Of a DNA stretch of 38,898 bases, positions 8,401 to 17,360 are shown piece after piece. The notes under the pieces were generated by a model that did not search any database, was not told where the DNA came from, and was given only the letters and a program-made list of their open reading frames with translations. This DNA comes from Candidatus Brocadiia bacterium. GTDB lineage: Bacteria; Planctomycetota; Brocadiia; CAIUPP01. The number at the start of each line of letters is the position of its first letter. Within the stretch, counting starts at the first letter, position 1. The stretch lies in the NCBI GenBank assembly GCA_050015075.1, contig JBEKCB010000038.1, positions 1 to 38,898 on the forward strand. The letters run 5' to 3'. The translations under genes and the position numbers were made by a program.

Positions 8401-9546
8401 CTACTTCAGTTCCAGGCCCGCCTTGCTGACGGCGCCCTCGACGCCGAACTTGTTGACCGCCTGCACTTCCAGCGTGTTCCGGCCCTTGTGGAGTTTCCAC
8501 TCGCCGGGCGCGCCGTCGGTCCACGCGCCGGCGTCCACGCGGTGGCGGAACTTGTCGAAGTCGGGCGTCATCGTCTCGGCCTTCACCTCGATCGTCGCGG
8601 CGTCGCCCGGGGTCAGCGTCAGCGCCGCCTGCTGCATCGGCCAGTACGGCTCGGTCGCCGGGTCCTTGGGGCAGATGCGCGTGTGGTAAGGCACGCCCTC
8701 GCACAGCTTGTCCTTGGTGATGAACATCTGGCCGTAATCGGGCTTGCCGTCCACCGTCGCGGGGACATAGTCCACGTAGAGGAACTTTCCGAGCGAGTTC
8801 GCGTTCAGCTCGAGCGTGCCGAAGCCGGCGTGCGTCTCGCGCTTGATCGGCATGTCGGCCGTCCTGCGCCTCTCGGCGTTGTTGCCGATGACGATGGTCA
8901 GCGCCTGGCCCTTGTTGTAGAACCACTCCTGGCGCAGCTCGAAGGAATTCAGCGGCGTCTGGCCTTTCAGGAAGTACATGTCCAGCGTCGGGTCCAGGAT
9001 GATCCACTTGCGGTACTGGTTGCTCCAGACCTCGACGACGGAGTGCTCGTCGCCGTTGCCGTCGCCGCGGGCGCCCTTCAGGCCGATCTGGCGTGAGACG
9101 TAGCCCATGCTCATCAGCGCCTCGCGCAGCACCTCGGCGATGTAGCCGCAGTTGAACGTCTTGTCGGCGTCCACGCATTTGAGAATGCCCAGGGCGTCCA
9201 CGGGAGCGTTCGGCGGCGGTCCGCCGAAGTGCTTCACGCGCTTGTGCGCCCAATGCGAGAGCAGCACCTGCTTCTCGAACTCCGTCTTGCCGGGCGCCAC
9301 CACTTCGTCCAGTTTCTCCTGCCTGCGGAGCGTGTTGAGGCTCGCCTCGCCGAAGCAGTCGAACTTGAAGCGGTCGCTGAACTCGTTCCTGACCAGCGGC
9401 TGGACGTCCATCGCCGTGACGACGGCCTCTCCGCCGGCGAGCTGCACGATGTCGCCCGGCTTCCTCGTCGCCAAATCATCGCCCGACGCGACGGCCGTCA
9501 GCGCCCAGGCCGCCGCAATTCCCAATACGACTCCCGCGCATTTCAT
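8401..9546 (-). CDS. Secreted transglutaminase-like (Cys-His-Asp) domain protein
   Basis: ATG at 9546 with AAAGGA RBS and signal peptide MKCAGVVLGIAAAWALTAVASG. Triad motifs FNCGYIA, EHSVVEVW and WIILDPT. Confidence 0.82.
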   Translation of the reverse strand: MKCAGVVLGIAAAWALTAVASGDDLATRKPGDIVQLAGGEAVVTAMDVQPLVRNEFSDRFKFDCFGEASLNTLRRQEKLDEVVAPGKTEFEKQVLLSHWAHKRVKHFGGPPPNAPVDALGILKCVDADKTFNCGYIAEVLREALMSMGYVSRQIGLKGARGDGNGDEHSVVEVWSNQYRKWIILDPTLDMYFLKGQTPLNSFELRQEWFYNKGQALTIVIGNNAERRRTADMPIKRETHAGFGTLELNANSLGKFLYVDYVPATVDGKPDYGQMFITKDKLCEGVPYHTRICPKDPATEPYWPMQQAALTLTPGDAATIEVKAETMTPDFDKFRHRVDAGAWTDGAPGEWKLHKGRNTLEVQAVNKFGVEGAVSKAGLELK

Positions 9547-9584
9547 CGTTCGATCCTTTCCGGGAAAATGCCGATCCGCTTGAC

Positions 9585-10196
9585 TCAGCTCTGCGCCGGA
9601 TAACCCACCGTCTGGGCGAACAGCACGCGCTGCTGCGGCCGCAGCTTGAACTCCTTGGGCGTGCTCGCCCGGTCGCAATTGTGGAGCCATGCCGCGAGGC
9701 CCTGCGAAGCCGCGAACAAATAGATGTTTGCGGCGATGAGACCGGTGAGGACATAGTAGTAAGACTTCTGGACCTCGGGATCGTCAATGTGCGGGTCCGG
9801 CTGGCCCTCCTTGACGTATCTCGCCAGGTCCGCGACGAAGAAGATGTTCACCGGCGCGGTCTCCGCGCTGTTCCACCAGGACCTCGCCCGGAAATCCCCG
9901 GCGGCGACCGGCGCCAGGCGATTCGAGCCCGCCTCATAGAGGTAAACCCCGTCGTGCAGGACGACGTAGAGGTCAATTTCCTGCGAGTTGCTGGCGGACG
10001 CGGCGGTGCGCCCGGGCTTTCCCCTCAGCCCGGCCTCGGTCCGGTTAAACCCGTAGGCGGCCCAGAGGAGGTTCGAGAGGAGCTGAGGCGGCAGCGGCTT
10101 CGGACTGATGCCGCGGTCGGTCTTTCTCTCCTGGAGAGCGGCGAGGACGGATTTGCCACCGTCTTTCTCGGGTGCCGGAAGCACGATCGGCTGCAA
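9585..10196 (-). CDS. Nitroreductase-family (SagB/ThcOx-like) flavoprotein
   Basis: TTG start with AAGGAGG RBS. Motifs ALQERKTDR, LSNLLWAAYG, RTAASASNSQEIDLY, NIYLFAASQGL and AQTVGYP. Confidence 0.88.
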   Translation of the reverse strand: MQPIVLPAPEKDGGKSVLAALQERKTDRGISPKPLPPQLLSNLLWAAYGFNRTEAGLRGKPGRTAASASNSQEIDLYVVLHDGVYLYEAGSNRLAPVAAGDFRARSWWNSAETAPVNIFFVADLARYVKEGQPDPHIDDPEVQKSYYYVLTGLIAANIYLFAASQGLAAWLHNCDRASTPKEFKLRPQQRVLFAQTVGYPAQS

Positions 10197-10237
10197 GTCG
10201 CTGTCCTCCTTGAAGGCGGCTGGGCAACACGGGACAT

Positions 10238-10266
10238 ATTCTGACGACCGAGGCCGCTGGCGTCAA
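10238..10266 (-). promoter_or_regulatory. Sigma70-like promoter (TTGACG-N17-CAGAAT) for the nitroreductase-transglutaminase-MFS unit
   Basis: cgtcaa at 10261-10266 and attctg at 10238-10243 on the + strand, spacer 17 nt. Confidence 0.55.
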
Positions 10267-10294
10267 GGAACAGGGTTCCGAGACGCCGCGGCCG

Positions 10295-12748
10295 CTACCA
10301 GGACAGCAGCACCGAACCGGTCACGCCGCGCGCCTGAAAGCAGCGGCCGCGCCTGTCCGCCACGGGCTCGAAGGGCACGAAAGACTGTTCCTCCTCGGTC
10401 AGCAGGATGTTGGCCGGATCGCGGGGATTCAGCAGCATCTCCACCTGGCCGGCCTCGATCCCCTCGGGCAGGAAAACGCGGAGCGTGGCGTCGCGGAATC
10501 CCGTCATGTGCATTCGCCGGTGCAGGCCCACCATCACCGTGGGCTGCTCGACGCAGGAGAGGATACTGTCGGTCTCCTGCTCGACGAAGACGCGGCATTC
10601 GTAGTGCCACGACCGCGGCATGGAATAGGTGGCGCAGCCGCCGACGATCTCCGTCTCCAGCCCGATCATCAGCGGCGCCCCTTGCGGGAACCGCAGCCGC
10701 TGCACCACCGTGGTGTTCGGCGCGTAACCGGAGAAGTAGAAGCCGTTGTCGTGCCGCGACACCAGGTTGTACGGGCTGCGAAGGTCCACGGACGCCTTGA
10801 CGAAACCGAAGGTGTAGCCGAGTTCGCCGAGCATCAGCCGCATGAGGATTTCGCCGTTGAAACGCTGCGTGCTGTCGTCCGGCTGCGGCAGGGCCTGCCC
10901 TGGAATCAGGCTGTTGCTGCTGGTGCCGCGCACCCAGGCCAGCGTGCCGCCGTTCCAGGCGGCGTCGCGCCGGGCCAGGGCAGCCACGCGCGTCTCACGA
11001 TCCCGACCGGCCGTCGCGTAGACGGTCACGCCGGGAGCGCCGCCGGCAAGCGTCTCTTCCATGCCCCCGGCGCAAAGCAACTCGCGATGGCAGATCTTCC
11101 CGGCGTAGCCGCCGCGGCGGATGCGATCAATCCTGATGTCCATCCGGATGTCCAGGTCCCCGGCCAGCGGCGCGGCGAGCTTGACGCCCAGCAGATCGCG
11201 CAGCCTCTGGCCGGCATGCCGCGTCGGGCCGTACAGGATGACCTGTCCGCCGGTCCGGACGAATTGCAGCAGGTCGGCTTCGAGGGCGCTGCCGGCGTCG
11301 GGCACGGGCGTGACGATGACGCTCTGATCGTACAATCCCGGCCGGGCCGCGCGTGACCGGATGAAGTGGTCGGTGGCGACGACGCTGTTCAGCGGCAGCC
11401 CATTGTTGATGGCCCCGCGAATGAACCAGTCGCCGAAGTAGGGCTCCGGCACCCGGTCTTCGTGCCGGTCGAGAATCTCGTGGTACTCGTCGAACGGATA
11501 GACCCAGACCAGCGGCGACGGCTGATCGGGCGCCGTGGCCAGGGCGTGCAGCACGTGCGGGACGACCTCGTTCGGGCACTGGTCGGGCAGGTTGCCGTAG
11601 GAATCGTCAATCGTCAGGAAGCTTACGTGCGTCGGCGGACAGACGTGGCCGGCGGCGTCAATGCGGGCGACCGACAGCGGCAGGTAGATGTCGTGCGGCT
11701 GGCGGCCGTAACGATCGAGCCACGGACTGTTGAGCCACCAGGGATCGTGAACGTAGTAGCGGAACATGTAGCGCCGGTCCGGCAGCTTGGCGATGTGGGA
11801 CATGTAGCCCGCCAGCTCGATGCCGAAGTCGCCGTCCAGCGCCGCCCAGGGCGAGTTCGGCGGCGGCAGCATGTTGAAGCCGCCCTCGTAAATCGCCTTC
11901 AGCGGCACCGCGTCGCTGGCCAGGTCCACGCCCGTGGACATGTTGGTGCCGCGCGTCTGCACTTGGAATTGCGGGCACTCGGCGCGGAACAGCCGCCAGA
12001 AATCGAGGGTGATGTCGCGGATCTCCTTGACCCGTTCGGTATGGAACGCTTCGCCGTCGAAGACCGCCCCGGTGGCGTTCCAGGTGTCGCGGCCGAATCC
12101 GAAACCGTTGGAGAACCAGATGAAGTCGAAGTCCAGGTCGGTCAGGAAATGCTGGCACTGGCGTCCGAAGAACGTGCCGAACGGCGTGCCCTGCGGAATG
12201 CCTTTGGGCCACCCGGCGTAAGGCTCGTGGTCCTCGTTCAGCGTCGCGTAGCAGCAGACCCAGAGCGTGTAGCCCATGGTGTTGCCCATGCAAATCTCGC
12301 GGTGCCGCTGGTACTTGAACGGCGACTTGGCGAACTCCGGGCCGGGATCAAAGGTCGCGCCGACCCGAATGGGCTTGTCGAGCACGCGGCGGCCGACCTC
12401 CTTGAGCGTGGCCACGATCCGCTTGAGCGTGGCGTAAGTGATCTCCGGAGGGTTGTCCATGTACAGGTAATTTGCGCCGTGCAGGTCAGTGCGCGGCGGC
12501 TTGCCCGGCTCAGGCGCCGGCGGATTCGCGCCGCCGATGTAACGGGCCCACTCGATCCGGTCGCCCATGCGACCCTTATAGTCCAGGATCTCCGAACCGT
12601 CCGCCGTCCAGAGCATGACCGAAACGGTTTCGGCCTCCGCCGCAAGGCCGTGCCACTGCCGGAAAATCTTCTCGCAGACCTTGGCCACGTACGCGGCATC
12701 CACCGACTTGAACGGCTTGAGACTCATTTCCAGCGTGACGTTCTGCAT
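10295..12748 (-). CDS. Large conserved hypothetical protein (~817 aa), candidate TIM-barrel glycoside hydrolase with a GATase1-like middle domain
   Basis: Long ORF with strong GC3 bias. Likely start MQNVTLEMSLKPF at 12748 (GAGGA RBS), alternative 12766. Aromatic/acidic motifs FDFIWFSNGFG and YVHDPWW; LLQFVRTGGQVILYGP resembles a GH42-type trimerisation domain. Confidence 0.75.
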   Translation of the reverse strand: MQNVTLEMSLKPFKSVDAAYVAKVCEKIFRQWHGLAAEAETVSVMLWTADGSEILDYKGRMGDRIEWARYIGGANPPAPEPGKPPRTDLHGANYLYMDNPPEITYATLKRIVATLKEVGRRVLDKPIRVGATFDPGPEFAKSPFKYQRHREICMGNTMGYTLWVCCYATLNEDHEPYAGWPKGIPQGTPFGTFFGRQCQHFLTDLDFDFIWFSNGFGFGRDTWNATGAVFDGEAFHTERVKEIRDITLDFWRLFRAECPQFQVQTRGTNMSTGVDLASDAVPLKAIYEGGFNMLPPPNSPWAALDGDFGIELAGYMSHIAKLPDRRYMFRYYVHDPWWLNSPWLDRYGRQPHDIYLPLSVARIDAAGHVCPPTHVSFLTIDDSYGNLPDQCPNEVVPHVLHALATAPDQPSPLVWVYPFDEYHEILDRHEDRVPEPYFGDWFIRGAINNGLPLNSVVATDHFIRSRAARPGLYDQSVIVTPVPDAGSALEADLLQFVRTGGQVILYGPTRHAGQRLRDLLGVKLAAPLAGDLDIRMDIRIDRIRRGGYAGKICHRELLCAGGMEETLAGGAPGVTVYATAGRDRETRVAALARRDAAWNGGTLAWVRGTSSNSLIPGQALPQPDDSTQRFNGEILMRLMLGELGYTFGFVKASVDLRSPYNLVSRHDNGFYFSGYAPNTTVVQRLRFPQGAPLMIGLETEIVGGCATYSMPRSWHYECRVFVEQETDSILSCVEQPTVMVGLHRRMHMTGFRDATLRVFLPEGIEAGQVEMLLNPRDPANILLTEEEQSFVPFEPVADRRGRCFQARGVTGSVLLSW

Positions 12749-12798
12749 GGTTCCTCGTCGCTCCATGATTGAGAGGCTCGGCGTGCCGGACGCGTGCC

Positions 12799-12827
12799 AC
12801 TCTATCGCCCCATGTCGCGACCGTCAA
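12799..12827 (-). promoter_or_regulatory. Sigma70-like promoter (TTGACG-N17-TAGAGT)
   Basis: cgtcaa at 12822-12827 and actcta at 12799-12804, 17-nt spacer, upstream of the 817-aa gene. Confidence 0.5.
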
Positions 12828-12867
12828 GGACATCTGAAAGCGGCCGATTCCGAATGCCAATCGCGCA

Positions 12868-12876
12868 TGGTATAAT
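12868..12876 (+). promoter_or_regulatory. Extended -10 promoter element (TGgTATAAT)
   Basis: Perfect TGnTATAAT about 50 nt upstream of the ATG at 12926, in GC-rich surroundings. Confidence 0.55.
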
Positions 12877-12925
12877 TTGACGGCATGGGGCGGCAACGAA
12901 GACGGTCCCTGAACCCGGAGACAGC

Positions 12926-13708
12926 ATGACCAGAGACTCACTGCGCGCGCGGGTTTCGCGCGGCCATTCCGAAAGGAATGATGCGGCGATTCTGAAGGAA
13001 CTGGGCCATTCCGGGCAGAAGGGCGGGCCTCGCTCGTTGCCGGACCTGATCGAGCGGGGAACGCTCGATCTCGAGCTGGCGGCGTGGCTCGTCTCCCTCG
13101 TTTCGCGCGGCGCGTCATTCATCGTCGGCGCAGGGCCGAGCGGCGCCGGCAAGACGACGATCGTGCAAGCGTTGCTCAGCTTCGCGCCGGGCGGCCTTCC
13201 CTTTGCCATGGCGCTGCCCGGAAAGATCAACAGCCGCGACGGCGTCGCGCGCTGCATCATCGCGCACGAGATCAGCGACCATGACTCGTCCGTCTATCTC
13301 TGGGGCAGCGACCTGCGGAAATTCTTCGCGCTTTCGCGGCAGGGCCACATGCTCGTGGGGACCATGCACGCCGACGGTCTCGGCGAAGTGCATGACCAGA
13401 TCTGCGGCAGCAACGGCGTCTCCGAAGCGCGGTTTCGCGCAATCAATCTATTTGTCTTCGTGGGCCTCGAAGGCGCGGCCTCGTCCTCTCGGCGAGTCAT
13501 CCGCAAGGTTTTCTATTCCGACGGCGCAGCAGCACACAAATTGGTTTTCACCCGCGATAAAGGGCTGTCCGCCGGCGCGCCCAGGGTTGTGGATTACGAA
13601 GCGCTTTGCCGGAAGTTCCTGGAGGAAACCCTCGCCCGCCGGCCGCGAACCTGTGAAGAGACGCGACGCGTCTTCCTCGCCTGGGAAAAGCGGCATCGCA
13701 GGGGATAG
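12926..13708 (+). CDS. Short P-loop ATPase related to VirB11/CpaF/GspE secretion ATPases
   Basis: GGAGA RBS. LIERGTL...LAAWL pre-Walker helix, Walker A GPSGAGKTT, Walker-B-like IIAHEI and His-box GTMHA. At 260 aa it lacks the usual N-terminal domain. Confidence 0.75.
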   Translation: MTRDSLRARVSRGHSERNDAAILKELGHSGQKGGPRSLPDLIERGTLDLELAAWLVSLVSRGASFIVGAGPSGAGKTTIVQALLSFAPGGLPFAMALPGKINSRDGVARCIIAHEISDHDSSVYLWGSDLRKFFALSRQGHMLVGTMHADGLGEVHDQICGSNGVSEARFRAINLFVFVGLEGAASSSRRVIRKVFYSDGAAAHKLVFTRDKGLSAGAPRVVDYEALCRKFLEETLARRPRTCEETRRVFLAWEKRHRRG

Positions 13709-13723
13709 TGAAAGGCAGCAGCA

Positions 13724-14422
13724 TCAGGGACCGTTCGGTCCCCCAGACTGGCCGCGATGCGGATGTGCGGAAGGCTCACTCTCGTGCCTCTCGCCCGTTC
13801 GCTGACGCTCATACGGAACCGATTGGGCCAGGTGTGCATTCCAGTTGGCCGCGTACTTTGCCGCCGTCACCGCGTCGTGGATCACCAGAAGGTTCTCGGC
13901 GTTGTTCTCCTCAGCGGCCTCGTCAAAGTTGAACGACCCGGTGATGACGATGCCGCCGTCTATGACCATGACCTTGTTGTGGGCGAGGGTCGGTTTGTCG
14001 TCAATGAAGGTCGGAATGCCGGCGTCCTTGAAGAAGGTCGCCGGGCTGTATTGTTCGTTTCGCTGGCTCTTGTCGAGGATGATCTGGACCTTGACTCCGC
14101 GATTGCTGGCTCCGACCAGAGCCTTTGAGATCGGCGCCGACGTGAAGGTATAGGCTTGAACGAGGACGGACTCCCTGGCGGCGCCGAGTTCCCTGACCAC
14201 TGCGTCCGTGCAGCCGCCTCTGGGAGAGAAGTAGACTTCGATAGTGCCCGCCGGTTCCTGGCTCGCCGGGCTCCCGGCGGCCGGCGCGGTCTGGGGCGCG
14301 GGCGGCGGGACCTCATTTCCCGCGCAGCCGCCGGCGAGGAGCGCCATGGCCAGAACGCCCGGCGCTCCAAAGCACCGAAACAAACTCGCCAGGAACTTCG
14401 CGACTTGATTCACTCGGGTCAT
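13724..14422 (-). CDS. Phospholipase D-family (Nuc-like) endonuclease, probable lipoprotein
   Basis: C-terminal part of the 13724..15589 ORF. Single HKD motif HNKVMVID..VITGSFNF, plus YFSPRGGCT and ENNAEN. Lipobox-like LLAGGC after the start MTRVNQ (14422). Confidence 0.85.
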   Translation of the reverse strand: MTRVNQVAKFLASLFRCFGAPGVLAMALLAGGCAGNEVPPPAPQTAPAAGSPASQEPAGTIEVYFSPRGGCTDAVVRELGAARESVLVQAYTFTSAPISKALVGASNRGVKVQIILDKSQRNEQYSPATFFKDAGIPTFIDDKPTLAHNKVMVIDGGIVITGSFNFDEAAEENNAENLLVIHDAVTAAKYAANWNAHLAQSVPYERQRTGERHESEPSAHPHRGQSGGPNGP

Positions 14423-14545
14423 TCCATGCTCCGCTTCAACGCGCCCGCAGGTATCAAATGATCTATTGTGACGCTTGACTCCGCCCAGGTCAATCAGCTT
14501 TTCGGCGCTCCGCCGGTCTTGAACGGCGCTCACCGCGCGGTGCAT

Positions 14546-14573
14546 TTCACATGTCGGCAGCGTATGGTATAAT
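14546..14573 (+). promoter_or_regulatory. Promoter TTCACA-N16-TATAAT with extended -10 (TGg)
   Basis: ttcaca at 14546-14551 and tggTATAAT at 14565-14573, upstream of the AAC(3)-family gene. Confidence 0.55.
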
Positions 14574-14650
14574 AGCGTTATCTGGGGCGGCCGATGAAAA
14601 AGTTCGATGTTGCCTGCTGCAACCGGGTAGTGTTCAGAGAGAAGGCTGCT

Positions 14651-15541
14651 ATGACGGTTAATAAGGCTGAGACATCCCCTGTCCCGACGGTAACCGGGGC
14701 GGATATCGTCGCCGGGCTGCGCGAACTCGGGCTGACGGCCGGCGCGGGCGTAATGGTGCATTCGTCGCTGAAGAGCTTCGGCCGCGTCGAGGGCGGCGCG
14801 CGCACGGTGATCGCCGCGCTCATGGAAGTCATCACGCCGGATGGCACGCTCCTGTTCCCGTCGTTCAACCACGGACGCGCGTTCGAGGCAGGGCAGCCGG
14901 GCTATTTTGATCCCCGCGAAACGCCGACGACGAACGGCGCGATCCCGGACCTGTTCTGGCGGATGCCCGAAGTGCTGCGCAGCTTGGCCCCGACTCACGC
15001 CTTCGCCGCGTGGGGCAAAAACGCCCGGCGCTACACGGAGTTCCATCACCGGACTCTGACGATGGGGCCGCAGTCGCCGCTCGGACTTCTCTGGAAGGAC
15101 GGCGGCTACGGCCTGCTCCTCGGCGTCGGGTACGGGAGCAACACGTTTCACCACGTCGTGGAAACGACGGTCGGCGCGCCGTGCCTGGGTCCGCGTACGG
15201 AGGCATATCCGGTGAGGCTGCCCGGTGGCCGCAGCGTGATGGGCCGCGCCTGGGGCTGGCGCGACGGAAGTTGCCCGTTCACCAAATTCGGCCAGTACCA
15301 ACGGGAGATGCGCGCTCGCGGGCTGGACCGGACGCGCCTCATCGGGAACAGCCGCGCCACGCTTTTCCCGCTCCGGGACTGTTTCGAGATCGCCGCGCGC
15401 ATCCTGCGGAACGGCGCGGACGGTTTTCCGCCGTGCAGCGGATGCCCGATACGGCCTCTGCGCAACCCGTGGACGGTTCCCTCCGACTGGGACGCGCAGG
15501 CGCAGCGCCCCTTGCCGGATTCCGAATCGTGGACCTACTGA
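14651..15541 (+). CDS. AAC(3)/Antibiotic_NAT-family N-acetyltransferase (YokD-like)
   Basis: Motifs VMVHSSLKSFG.VEGG, GTLLFPSFN, TNGAIPD, RSLAPTHAFAAWG and LLLGVGYGSNTFHH. Start at 14651 or 14594. Confidence 0.88.
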   Translation: MTVNKAETSPVPTVTGADIVAGLRELGLTAGAGVMVHSSLKSFGRVEGGARTVIAALMEVITPDGTLLFPSFNHGRAFEAGQPGYFDPRETPTTNGAIPDLFWRMPEVLRSLAPTHAFAAWGKNARRYTEFHHRTLTMGPQSPLGLLWKDGGYGLLLGVGYGSNTFHHVVETTVGAPCLGPRTEAYPVRLPGGRSVMGRAWGWRDGSCPFTKFGQYQREMRARGLDRTRLIGNSRATLFPLRDCFEIAARILRNGADGFPPCSGCPIRPLRNPWTVPSDWDAQAQRPLPDSESWTY

Positions 15542-15554
15542 GACTCCGGTAATC

Positions 15555-17354
15555 ATGCCCGTCCTGATCAATGCCCAGACCCTTTCCAAACGCTACGACT
15601 CGAAGACGCTGTTTCGTGGAATATCGCTCACGATTCTGGACGGAGAGCGGATCGGGCTGATCGGGCCGAACGGGGCAGGGAAGTCCACGCTGCTGAAGAT
15701 CCTGGCGGGGTTGGAACACGCCGACGAGGGCAAGCTGGAGACGGCGCGGGCTGCGCGCATTGCGTACCTGGCCCAGGAGGATGAGTTCCCGCCGGGCAGC
15801 ACGGTGGAAGGGGCGCTGCTGGAGGAGTTGCACGATAGTCCCCTGGACGAGCGCACCCGCCGGACGCGCGCGGCGATTCTGATGGGCAAGCTGGGCTTCG
15901 AGGACGGCGGCGCGCGCGCCGACACGCTCTCCGGCGGTTGGCGCAAGCGGCTGGCCATCGGCCGGCAATTGACCGCCGAACCGGACGTGCTGCTGCTGGA
16001 CGAGCCGACGAACCACCTTGACCTCGGCGGCATCTCGTGGCTGGAGCGATTCCTGGAGAAGGCGGGCTTCGCGTATGTGCTGATCAGCCACGACCGGCTG
16101 TTCCTGGAGAAGGTGACGAACCGGGTGGTGGAATTGAATCCGCGTTACCCGGAGGGATTCTTCAGCGTGCAGGGCCGGTACAGCGACTTCGTGGAGAAGC
16201 GCGAAGAATTCCTGGCCGCGCTGGAAAAACATGAGCAGTCGCTGACGATCCTGGTCAAGCGCGAGGTGGAATGGCTGCGGCGCGGGCCGCCCGCGCGCAC
16301 GACGAAGGCCGGCGCGCGCATTGATGCCGCGCATCAGAAAATCAAGAGCCTGGCCGAACTCCGCCGGCAGGCCGCGCAGGGCGGCAACATCGCCGTGGAC
16401 TTCAATGCCAGCCACCGGCGCACGAATGACCTGGTCATCGCGCGCGGTATCGCCAAATCCTTGGGCGGCCGGAGGCTGTTCAGCGGGCTGGAGGTCGAAC
16501 TTTCCCCTGGGACGCGGCTGGGCATCCTGGGCAACAACGGCAGCGGCAAGACCACGCTGATGCGCGTGCTGGCCGGCCAACTGCCGCCCGACGAGGGAAC
16601 GGTGCGCCACGCGCCGCAGTTGCGCGTGGTGCTGTTCGACCAGAACCGCGAGCAACTCGACCGCGCGCAGACGCTGCGCCGGGCGCTCTCACCCAACAGC
16701 GACACCGTGAACTTCCGCGGGCAAGGCATCCACGTCGTTTCCTGGGCGCAGCGGTTCCTCTTCCGGCCCGACCAGCTCGACTGCCCGGTGGGAATGCTCT
16801 CCGGCGGCGAGCAGGCGCGCGTGATGATCGCGCGGATGATGCAGCAGCCGGCCGACCTGCTCCTGCTGGACGAGCCGACGAACGACCTCGACATCCCGTC
16901 GCTGGAGGTGTTGGAAAAGGGGCTGGTCGAATTCCCGGGCGCCATCGTCCTGATCACGCATGACCGCCACATGCTCGATCGCGTCTGCACGGTCATGGTC
17001 GGGCTGCACGCCGGAGCCGCGGCCGACCTCTACACCGACCTGTCGCAATGGGAGGCGGCGGAAAAGCGCCTGGCGCCGGCCGCGCGACGCGAACCGCCGC
17101 CGAAGGAACCGCGCCCCAAGGCCGCGCCCGCGCGCGCCAGGCTGACTCACGCGGAAAAGAAAGAACTCACCGGCCTGGAGAAGCGGATCCCTGCGGCCGA
17201 GGCCGAGGTGGAGAAACTCAAGAAGGTCGTCGCCGACCCGGCCGTCGCCGCCGACTACGGGCGCATGCACACGGAATGCCAGCGCCTTCACGACGCGCAA
17301 GTGCTCGTGGATCAACTGTATCGCCGCTGGCATGAACTGGAGAGCCTGCGATGA
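15555..17354 (+). CDS. uup: ABC-F family ATPase (Uup-like)
   Basis: Two ABC cassettes (GPNGAGKST/LSGGW/LLDEPTNHLD and GNNGSGKTT/LSGGE/LDEPTNDLD), linker EWLRRGPPARTTK, C-terminal coiled coil ending LYRRWHELE, and no TM segments. Confidence 0.9.
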   Translation: MPVLINAQTLSKRYDSKTLFRGISLTILDGERIGLIGPNGAGKSTLLKILAGLEHADEGKLETARAARIAYLAQEDEFPPGSTVEGALLEELHDSPLDERTRRTRAAILMGKLGFEDGGARADTLSGGWRKRLAIGRQLTAEPDVLLLDEPTNHLDLGGISWLERFLEKAGFAYVLISHDRLFLEKVTNRVVELNPRYPEGFFSVQGRYSDFVEKREEFLAALEKHEQSLTILVKREVEWLRRGPPARTTKAGARIDAAHQKIKSLAELRRQAAQGGNIAVDFNASHRRTNDLVIARGIAKSLGGRRLFSGLEVELSPGTRLGILGNNGSGKTTLMRVLAGQLPPDEGTVRHAPQLRVVLFDQNREQLDRAQTLRRALSPNSDTVNFRGQGIHVVSWAQRFLFRPDQLDCPVGMLSGGEQARVMIARMMQQPADLLLLDEPTNDLDIPSLEVLEKGLVEFPGAIVLITHDRHMLDRVCTVMVGLHAGAAADLYTDLSQWEAAEKRLAPAARREPPPKEPRPKAAPARARLTHAEKKELTGLEKRIPAAEAEVEKLKKVVADPAVAADYGRMHTECQRLHDAQVLVDQLYRRWHELESLR

Positions 17355-17360
17355 GGAGCG

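Noticed and set aside
9585-10196. SagB-like gene as part of a RiPP (azole) biosynthetic cluster
   Set aside because: No YcaO/cyclodehydratase or Cys/Ser/Thr-rich precursor peptide is nearby. Stand-alone nitroreductases of this type are common.
12926-14422. ATPase plus PLD nuclease as an anti-phage defence pair
   Set aside because: The genes are convergent rather than operonic, the nuclease appears to be an exported lipoprotein, and there is no defence-island context.
14423-15589. 621-aa ORF 13724..15589 (-) as one long PLD fusion protein
   Set aside because: The upstream ~390 codons are antisense to the AAC(3) gene and its promoter. Only the part from about 14422 has a signal/lipobox and PLD motifs.
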